Below are positions 41,301-51,261 of a stretch of 52,179 bases of DNA, in pieces. Position 1 is the first letter of the stretch. Each line of letters starts with the position of its first letter. Origin of the DNA: Nemertoderma westbladi (Eukaryota; Animalia; Xenacoelomorpha); assembly GCA_032718475.1 (NCBI GenBank), contig JAUCBJ010002212.1, positions 1 through 52,179 on the forward strand, written 5' to 3'. Under the pieces are notes generated by a model that worked only from the letters and a program-made list of their open reading frames with translations, was not told where the DNA came from and searched no databases. The translations under genes and the position numbers were made by a program.

Positions 41301-44300
41301 CATCATTGGGGAGAGGTCACCTAACCACACAACTCACTCTTATCCAACCACATAATTGGGAGAGGTCACCTAACCACACAACTCACTCTTATCCAACCAC
41401 ATTGAGGAGAGGTCACCTAACCACACAACTCACTCTTATCCAACCAAATAATTGAGGGAGAGGTCACCTAACCACACAACTCACTCTTATCCAACCAAAT
41501 AATTGAGGGAGAGGTCACCTAACCACACAACTCACTCTTATCCAACCAAATAATTGAGGGAGAGGTCACCTAACCACACAACTCACTCTTATCCAACCAA
41601 ATTGGAGAGGTCACCTAACCACACAACTCACTCTTATCCAACCTACATTGGGAGAGGTCACCTAACCACACAACTCACTCTTATCCAACCTACATTGGGA
41701 GAGGTCACCTAACCACACAACTCACTCTTATCCAACCAAATAATTGAGGGAGAGGTCACCTAACCACACAACTCACTCTTATCCAACCAACATTGGGGAG
41801 AGGTCACCTAACCACACAACTCACTCTTATCCAACCACTAATTGAGGAGAGGTCACCTAACCACACAACTCACTCTTATCCAACCACATTGGGAGAGGTC
41901 ACCTAACCACACAACTCACTCTTATCCAACCAAATAATTGAGGGAGAGGTCACCTAACCACACAACTCACTCTTATCCAACCAAATAATTGAGGGAGAGG
42001 TCACCTAACCACACAACTCACTCTTATCCAACCAAATAATTGAGGGAGAGGTCACCTAACCACACAACTCACTCTTATCCAACCAAATTGGAGAGGTCAC
42101 CTAACCACACAACTCACTCTTATCCAACCTACATTGGAGAGGTCACCTAACCACACAACTCACTCTTATCCATCCTACATTGGAGAGGTCACCTAACCAC
42201 ACAACTCACTCTTATCCAACCTACATTGGAGAGGTCACCTAACCACACAACTCACTCTTATCCAACCAAATTGGAGAGGTCACCTAACCACACAACTCAC
42301 TCTTATCCAACCAAATAATTGAGGGAGAGGTCACCTAACCACACAACTCACTCTTATCCAACCTACATTGGAGAGGTCACCTAACCACACAACTCACTCT
42401 TATCCAACCACATTGGAGAGGTCACCTAACCACACAACTCACTCTTATCCAACCAAATAATTGAGGGAGAGGTCACCTAACCACACAACTCACTCTTATC
42501 CAACCTACATTGGAGAGGTCACCTAACCACACAACTCACTCTTATCCAACCAAATAATTGAGGGAGAGGTCACCTAACCACACAACTCACTCTTATCCAA
42601 CCAAATAATTGAGGGAGAGGTCACCTAACCACACAACTCACCCTTATCCAACCAAATAATTGAGGGAGAGGTCACCTAACCACACAACTCACTCTTATCC
42701 AACCTACATTGGAGAGGTCACCTAACCACACAACTCACTCTTATCCAACCAAATAATTGAGGGAGAGGTCACCTAACCACACAACTCACTCTTATCCAAC
42801 CTACATTGGAGAGGTCACCTAACCACACAACTCACCCTTATCCAACCAAATAATTGAGGGAGAGGTCACCTAACCACACAACTCACTCTTATCCAACCAA
42901 ATAATTGAGGGAGAGGTCACCTAACCACACAACTCACTCTTATCCAACCAAATAATTGAGGGAGAGGTCACCTAACCACACAACTCACTCTTATCCAACC
43001 AAATAATTGAGGGAGAGGTCACCTAACCACACAACTCACTCTTATCCAACCAAATAATTGAGGGAGAGGTCACCTAACCACACAACTCACTCTTATCCAA
43101 CCTACATTGGAGAGGTCACCTAACCACACAACTCACTCTTATCCAACCAAATAATTGAGGGAGAGGTCACCTAACCACACAACTCACTCTTATCCAACCA
43201 AATAATTGAGGGAGAGGTCACCTAACCACACAACTCACTCTTATCCAACCAAATAATTGAGGGAGAGGTCACCTAACCACACAACTCACTCTTATCCAAC
43301 CAAATTGGAGAGGTCACCTAACCACACAACTCACTCTTATCCAACCTACATTGGAGAGGTCACCTAACCACACAACTCACTCTTATCCAACCTACATTGG
43401 AGAGGTCACCTAACCACACAACTCACTCTTATCCAACCAAATAATTGAGGGAGAGGTCACCTAACCACACAACTCACTCTTATCCAACCTACATTGAGGA
43501 GAGGTCACCTAACCACACAACTCACTCTTATCCAACCAAATAATTGAGGGAGAGGTCACCTAACCACACAACTCACTCTTATCCAACCAAATAATTGAGG
43601 GAGAGGTCACCTAACCACACAACTCACTCTTATCCAACCTACATTGGAGAGGTCACCTAACCACACAACTCACTCTTATCCAACCTACATTGGAGAGGTC
43701 ACCTAACCACACAACTCACTCTTATCCAACCAAATAATTGAGGGAGAGGTCACCTAACCACACAACTCACTCTTATCCAACCAAATTGGGAGAGGTCACC
43801 TAACCACACAACTCACTCTTATCCAACCACATTGGAGAGGTCACCTAACCACACAACTCACTCTTATCCAACCAAATAATTGGGAGAGGTCACCTAACCA
43901 CACAACTCACTCTTATCCAACCACATTGGAGAGGTCACCTAACCACACAACTCACTCTTATCCAACCAAATAATTGAGGGAGAGGTCACCTAACCACACA
44001 ACTCACTCTTATCCAACCAAATAATTGAGGGAGAGGTCACCTAACCACACAACTCACTCTTATCCAACCAAATTGGGAGAGGTCACCTAACCACACAACT
44101 CACTCTTATCCAACCACATTGGAGAGGTCACCTAACCACACAACTCACTCTTATCCAACCAAATAATTGAGGGAGAGGTCACCTAACCACACAACTCACT
44201 CTTATCCAACCAAATAATTGAGGGAGAGGTCACCTAACCACACAACTCACTCTTATCCAACCAAATAATTGAGGGAGAGGTCACCTAACCACACAACTCA

Positions 44301-47300
44301 CTCTTATCCAACCAAATAATTGAGGGAGAGGTCACCTAACCACACAACTCACTCTTATCCAACCAAATAATTGAGGGAGAGGTCACCTAACCACACAACT
44401 CACTCTTATCCAACCAAATAATTGAGGGAGAGGTCACCTAACCACACAACTCACTCTTATCCAACCAAATAATTGAGGGAGAGGTCACCTAACCACACAA
44501 CTCACTCTTATCCAACCAAATAATTGAGGGAGAGGTCACCTAACCACACAACTCACTCTTATCCAACCAAATAATTGAGGGAGAGGTCACCTAACCACAC
44601 AACTCACTCTTATCCAACCACATTGGAGAGGTCACCTAACCACACAACTCACTCTTATCCAACCACATTGGAGAGGTCACCTAACCACACAACTCACTCT
44701 TATCCAACCAAATAATTGAGGGAGAGGTCACCTAACCACACAACTCACTCTTATCCAACCAAATAATTGAGGGAGAGGTCACCTAACCACACAACTCACT
44801 CTTATCCAACCAAATAATTGAGGGAGAGGTCACCTAACCACACAACTCACTCTTATCCAACCAAATAATTGAGGGAGAGGTCACCTAACCACACAACTCA
44901 CTCTTATCCAACCAAATAATTGAGGGAGAGGTCACCTAACCACACAACTCACTCTTATCCAACCAAATAATTGAGGGAGAGGTCACCTAACCACACAACT
45001 CACTCTTATCCAACCAAATAATTGAGGGAGAGGTCACCTAACCACACAACTCACTCTTATCCAACCACATTGGAGAGGTCACCTAACCACACAACTCACT
45101 CTTATCCAACCAAATAATTGAGGGAGAGGTCACCTAACCACACAACTCACTCTTATCCAACCACATTGGAGAGGTCACCTAACCACACAACTCACTCTTA
45201 TCCAACCACATTGGAGAGGTCACCTAACCACACAACTCACTCTTATCCAACCAAATAATTGAGGGAGAGGTCACCTAACCACACAACTCACTCTTATCCA
45301 ACCACATTGGAGAGGTCACCTAACCACACAACTCACTCTTATCCAACCACATTGGAGAGGTCACCTAACCACACAACTCACTCTTATCCAACCAAATAAT
45401 TGAGGGAGAGGTCACCTAACCACACAACTCACTCTTATCCAACCACATTGGAGAGGTCACCTAACCACACAACTCACTCTTATCCAACCACATTGGAGAG
45501 GTCACCTAACCACACAACTCACTCTTATCCAACCACATTGGAGAGGTCACCTAACCACACAACTCACTCTTATCCAACCAAATAATTGAGGGAGAGGTCA
45601 CCTAACCACACAACTCACTCTTATCCAACCAAATAATTGAGGGAGAGGTCACCTAACCACACAACTCACTCTTATCCAACCACATTGGAGAGGTCACCTA
45701 ACCACACAACTCACTCTTATCCAACCACATTGGAGAGGTCACCTAACCACACAACTCACTCTTATCCAACCAAATAATTGAGGGAGAGGTCACCTAACCA
45801 CACAACTCACTCTTATCCAACCACATTGGAGAGGTCACCTAACCACACAACTCACTCTTATCCAACCACATTGGAGAGGTCACCTAACCACACAACTCAC
45901 TCTTATCCAACCACATTGGAGAGGTCACCTAACCACACAACTCACTCTTATCCAACCAAATAATTGAGGGAGAGGTCACCTAACCACACAACTCACTCTT
46001 ATCCAACCAAATAATTGAGGGAGAGGTCACCTAACCACACAACTCACTCTTATCCAACCACATTGGAGAGGTCACCTAACCACACAACTCACTCTTATCC
46101 AACCACATTGGAGAGGTCACCTAACCACACAACTCACTCTTATCCAACCAAATAATTGAGGGAGAGGTCACCTAACCACACAACTCACTCTTATCCAACC
46201 AAATAATTGAGGGAGAGGTCACCTAACCACACAACTCACTCTTATCCAACCACATTGGAGAGGTCACCTAACCACACAACTCACTCTTATCCAACCACAT
46301 TGGAGAGGTCACCTAACCACACAACTCACTCTTATCCAACCAAATAATTGAGGGAGAGGTCACCTAACCACACAACTCACTCTTATCCAACCAAATAATT
46401 GAGGGAGAGGTCACCTAACCACACAACTCACTCTTATCCAACCAAATAATTGAGGGAGAGGTCACCTAACCACACAACTCACTCTTATCCAACCAAATAA
46501 TTGAGGGAGAGGTCACCTAACCACACAACTCACTCTTATCCAACCAAATAATTGAGGGAGAGGTCACCTAACCACACAACTCACTCTTATCCAACCAAAT
46601 AATTGAGGGAGAGGTCACCTAACCACACAACTCACTCTTATCCAACCACATTGGAGAGGTCACCTAACCACACAACTCACTCTTATCCAACCAAATAATT
46701 GAGGGAGAGGTCACCTAACCACACAACTCACTCTTATCCAACCAAATAATTGAGGGAGAGGTCACCTAACCACACAACTCACTCTTATCCAACCACATTG
46801 GAGAGGTCACCTAACCACACAACTCACTCTTATCCAACCAAATAATTGAGGGAGAGGTCACCTAACCACACAACTCACTCTTATCCAACCAAATAATTGA
46901 GGGAGAGGTCACCTAACCACACAACTCACTCTTATCCAACCACATTGGAGAGGTCACCTAACCACACAACTCACTCTTATCCAACCAAATAATTGAGGGA
47001 GAGGTCACCTAACCACACAACTCACTCTTATCCAACCAAATAATTGAGGGAGAGGTCACCTAACCACACAACTCACTCTTATCCAACCAAATAATTGAGG
47101 GAGAGGTCACCTAACCACACAACTCACTCTTATCCAACCACATTGGAGAGGTCACCTAACCACACAACTCACTCTTATCCAACCAAATAATTGAGGGAGA
47201 GGTCACCTAACCACACAACTCACTCTTATCCAACCAAATAATTGAGGGAGAGGTCACCTAACCACACAACTCACTCTTATCCAACCAAATAATTGAGGGA

Positions 47301-48785
47301 GAGGTCACCTAACCACACAACTCACTCTTATCCAACCACATTGGAGAGGTCACCTAACCACACAACTCACTCTTATCCAACCAAATAATTGAGGGAGAGG
47401 TCACCTAACCACACAACTCACTCTTATCCAACCAAATAATTGAGGGAGAGGTCACCTAACCACACAACTCACTCTTATCCAACCACATTGGAGAGGTCAC
47501 CTAACCACACAACTCACTCTTATCCAACCAATAATTGAGGGAGAGGTCACCTAACCACACAACTCACTCTTATCCAACCACATTGGAGAGGTCACCTAAC
47601 CACACAACTCACTCTTATCCAACCACATTGGAGAGGTCACCTAACCACACAACTCACTCTTATCCAACCAAATAATTGAGGGAGAGGTCACCTAACCACA
47701 CAACTCACTCTTATCCAACCAAATAATTGAGGGAGAGGTCACCTAACCACACAACTCACTCTTATCCAACCAAATAATTGAGGGAGAGGTCACCTAACCA
47801 CACAACTCACTCTTATCCAACCACATTGGAGAGGTCACCTAACCACACAACTCACTCTTATCCAACCAAATAATTGAGGGAGAGGTCACCTAACCACACA
47901 ACTCACTCTTATCCAACCAAATAATTGAGGGAGAGGTCACCTAACCACACAACTCACTCTTATCCAACCACATTGGAGAGGTCACCTAACCACACAACTC
48001 ACTCTTATCCAACCAAATAATTGAGGGAGAGGTCACCTAACCACACAACTCACTCTTATCCAACCAAATAATTGAGGGAGAGGTCACCTAACCACACAAC
48101 TCACTCTTATCCAACCACATTGGAGAGGTCACCTAACCACACAACTCACTCTTATCCAACCAAATAATTGAGGGAGAGGTCACCTAACCACACAACTCAC
48201 TCTTATCCAACCAAATAATTGAGGGAGAGGTCACCTAACCACACAACTCACTCTTATCCAACCAAATAATTGAGGGAGAGGTCACCTAACCACACAACTC
48301 ACTCTTATCCAACCACATTGGAGAGGTCACCTAACCACACAACTCACTCTTATCCAACCACATTGGAGAGGTCACCTAACCACACAACTCACTCTTATCC
48401 AACCAAATAATTGAGGGAGAGGTCACCTAACCACACAACTCACTCTTATCCAACCACATTGGAGAGGTCACCTAACCACACAACTCACTCTTATCCAACC
48501 AAATAATTGAGGGAGAGGTCACCTAACCACACAACTCACTCTTATCCAACCAAATAATTGAGGGAGAGGTCACCTAACCACACAACTCACTCTTATCCAA
48601 CCAAATAATTGAGGGAGAGGTCACCTAACCACACAACTCACTCTTATCCAACCAAATAATTGAGGGAGAGGTCACCTAACCACACAACTCACTCTTATCC
48701 AACCAAATAATGAGGGAGAGGTCACCTAACCACACAACTCACTCTTATCCAACCAAATAATTGAGGGAGAGGTCACCTAACCACA
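5353..48785 (+). repeat. 43.4-kb satellite DNA array: 51-bp monomer GAGGGAGAGGTCACCTAACCACACAACTCACTCTTATCCAACCAAATAATT with a 45-bp variant (...CCAACCACATT|GGAGAGG...), ~860-870 copies
   Basis: Direct reading. Head-to-tail throughout, with no inversion or foreign insertion seen. Sharp ends at 5353 (TTGGAGAGG) and 48785 (CCTAACCACA). The 51-mer has stop codons in all six frames. Confidence 0.99.
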
Positions 48786-48873
48786 GTCAAATCTTATTTA
48801 AAGCGCTTCATATTATGTATGTATAATATGCATATATATGTATCATATTATGTATCTCGCTGTATTATAACCG

Positions 48874-49120
48874 GAATTGAATTGAATTGAATTAATATAT
48901 ATATATTTATTTATTGACAAAAATAGATTGTCCAAAATCGCACAGACTAGAACCAGTAATAAATCAAACTTTTACCTAAACTAGATACAGATTCGGGTGG
49001 TTCAAATTAAACTAATACATTAAATAATACTAATAATACTAAATAATACTACAGTAATACACTAAACAATAAATCATTACCATATACAAATACATAAATA
49101 ATGCAAAATTATACAAATAC
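48874..49120 (-). mobile_element. Possible 3' end/UTR of a CR1/L2-like LINE with (ATTCA)n tail
   Basis: The minus strand reads ...GTCAATAAATAAATATATATATATTAATTCAATTCAATTCAATTCC, i.e. AATAAA followed by a short microsatellite tail, preceded by T-rich UTR-like sequence. There is no coding remnant to confirm it. Confidence 0.3.
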
Positions 49121-49124
49121 AATC

Positions 49125-49157
49125 ATCATTACATCAATAGTGTATTGATGTAATGAT
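49125..49157. other. Perfect 15-bp inverted repeat with 3-nt loop
   Basis: ATCATTACATCAATA-GTG-TATTGATGTAATGAT. Confidence 0.9.
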
Positions 49158-49451
49158 TTTTTTGGATAACCGTTAGACGTACATTGTAGGTTTTTCCTAA
49201 ATTGAAAAATTACATCGGAGATTGTTGGGTTTTGAAGACAGTATAATGTTGGGAACAACAATAATAAGAAACACATTAGGATTGTCATTAAGTACGTATA
49301 TGATAATAAATCGTACAGTTACTGTAATTAATCTAGTAATTGCATGAAAAAAATGTATCTTGTCTATATCTCATGATGTGAAATATGGTTACACATAGAA
49401 AGCTGAAGGGTCAAACATACCTACTGTAGAAGTGCAAACAATATGTAAATA

Positions 49452-49468
49452 TACTACTACTACTACTA
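49452..49468 (-). repeat. (TAG)n / (TAC)n microsatellite tail of the LINE
   Basis: TACTACTACTACTACTA about 30 bp past the RT stop codon. Short tandem tails are characteristic of RTE elements. Confidence 0.85.
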
Positions 49469-49498
49469 GGATCGGCATGCTGCATTGCAGCTGCATTT

Positions 49499-50584
49499 TT
49501 ATGAATGCTGTGCCGGCTTGTCGACAAAATTGCGCCGCCACAACTCACTATCACCCATGACATTTGCTAGATCATCCGCATCTTCAAGGGCAGTGTCCTT
49601 TAAGATGCGTCTCAAGAAAGTCATGGGCTGTCCACCATGATTATTCACTCCATGAGGCTGCCAAAATACAAGATTATGCACTGGCTGGTCCTCACGGCGA
49701 AAGCAATGTCCTGCAAAGCGGAGGCGATTTTGTTCTAGTGTCAAGCTTGGGGGAACCAATGAGACACCTCCAATGTTATATAGTGTCTAGTTAGAGATGT
49801 GTGCTTGTACTTGACACAATGAACCCGGCGTAGCATTCTTGTGAATGTGCCATCCACAGATTTGGTGTCCTCAGCAGTTACAGTCCAGCATGGGCTCCCA
49901 TAAAGGAGTACTGGAACTACTGCTGCTCTAAATAATCGGACCTTAAGTTTCCGATTAATTCTATGTAACTTCCAAATCCTGGAAAGCCTATTCAAGGCTG
50001 CCCATGCCTTTCCCTTGCGTATTCGAAGGTCCTCACCTGACTTCCGGATCCATGATCCCAGGTAACAGAAGTCGTCCACATGCTCAAGCATACCATCCTT
50101 TGAGCTTATGCTCATCCGATCAGAGACTTGCTGAGGACTTTCAAAGTTAACTGTCAAAATGTTGGTCTTTCTGGTGTTAATAAAAAGACCAACACTAGAA
50201 GCAGCATGTTCTAATGAGCTGAGGAGCCGCTGGGCTCCCTCTAGTGATTCTGAGAGTACTCCTAAGTAACCAGCAAAGTCTAGATCAGTTAGGTACTTGG
50301 TAGGATTTCCTCGACTTCTGGAGCCAGTAGGTCGAGTTACCATCACCCCATCATCATTATGATGATCTAAGGACATGCGTAGAACATAGTCAAACACAAT
50401 TATGAACATGAATGGTGCAAGTGTGTCTCCCTGGAGGAAGCCCCATAACACTTCAAATGGTTCTGTGTCACCATAAACAGTAGACACAAATGTTGTCGAA
50501 CCATCGTATACTGCTCTGATTGCTGCAATAATTTCATCAGGAATCCCATATATTGAAAGTATGCTGAACATACGTGAGCGAGAG
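49499..50584 (-). pseudogene. Reverse transcriptase pseudogene (RTE-type ORF), frameshifted, catalytic DD lost
   Basis: Split between ORFs 49741-50622 and 49499-49759 (frameshift near ~49760-49800). FADD reads FAGY (GGT TAC). The first ~13 aa of the predicted ORF come from the adjacent LTR. Confidence 0.88.
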
Positions 50585-51252
50585 TGTGACGGGATCTGTG
50601 ATCCCGACCGGGTTAAGTTCATTTCACGCGTTGTCGCGTCCGTAGGCTGCCGTAAATTATTAGGCCGAAGGCCGTTGGAAAACCGATTGAGTGGTGTTAA
50701 TAATGATCAATACAAATGTTAATAGTTTCATAGGTACAGATAATAGCACAATCAAATATAATCAGCACAATCAGTTATATCGCACTAGCAGACTGTAGTT
50801 GTGACAACGCTCAGAACTATTCCGGTTCCAAGGTTGTTTCTGGCAACCAACTGAATAGCAATGACATAGTATAACGGTTATATTGCATCGACACATATAC
50901 TATTATTAGTCCTACACTAAGGGTGGCCCTATCATCCAATAGATACGCTTCATTCTCCCCATTCCCTTCCTTGCCTACTAATTGGCCCTTATTGGCTACT
51001 TATCGCCTCGCCACTCCCTGTGTAGGTGTTACCTTCTACTGCTAGCTTCTCTAGCTCGTTTGCCCCTCCAAGTGGTTTAACCTTTCACCTCACTCTGTAA
51101 CTCTATGGCGTGTATCGCCCCCCCCCCCCCCCCCCCCAGTTGGTTATTGGGTGAGATTACCGAGGGTAATCTCACCTCGTCAACTTATTGCTGAAAAGGC
51201 GCCACTGTCCTTACTTTGTGAGGGTAATGAGGCGGAATTGAATCCGCTCACA
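50585..51252 (-). mobile_element. Putative 3' LTR (668 bp) of a Ty3/Gypsy-like retrotransposon inserted into the LINE
   Basis: Begins TGTGA exactly where RT homology stops and ends TCACA (5-bp inverted termini). Directly abutted by a purine tract on the minus strand (GGGGGGGAG|TGTGAGCGG). Partner LTR and second TSD are not in the window. Confidence 0.65.
51118..51137. repeat. C20/G20 homopolymer within the putative LTR
   Basis: Direct reading. Confidence 0.95.
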
Positions 51253-51261
51253 CTCCCCCCC
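51253..51261 (-). promoter_or_regulatory. Polypurine tract (PPT) GGGGGGGAG
   Basis: Plus-strand CTCCCCCCC directly follows TCACA, the canonical PPT-LTR geometry for a minus-strand element. Confidence 0.62.

Larger units (their letters stand above)
49452..50584 (-). mobile_element. 3' part of an RTE-clade non-LTR retrotransposon (LINE), inactive, interrupted at 50584
   Basis: RT motifs ILSIYGIP, G.LQGDTLAPFMFIIVFDY, DLDFA(GY), GLFINTRKT, FCYLGS, VLLYGS..W. RTE-type C-terminus RLRFAGHCFR...VFWQP. Stop at 49499, ~30-nt 3' UTR, then a (TAG)n tail at 49452-49468. Confidence 0.9.

Noticed and set aside
5353-45963. Repetitive ORFs (ERSPNHTTHSYPTT; RGHLTTQLTLIQP) as a repeat protein
   Set aside because: They appear only where runs of variant monomers lack the stop, and they start at TTG. 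The dominant 51-mer is closed in all six frames.
5353-48785. CRISPR array (constant repeat plus variable spacer)
   Set aside because: Linkers are only 5-11 bp and are drawn from a few related variants rather than unique spacers. No cas genes; eukaryotic context.
5353-48785. Telomeric array
   Set aside because: Only one CCTAA per monomer, and the array is flanked on both sides by ordinary sequence.
49564-49794. Plus-strand ORF of 76 aa
   Set aside because: Antisense shadow of the LINE RT frame.
49499-50622. RT as the enzyme that synthesised the adjacent satellite
   Set aside because: An ordinary decayed RTE-type copy with no catalytic DD. No sequence link to the monomer; proximity is expected in repeat-rich regions.
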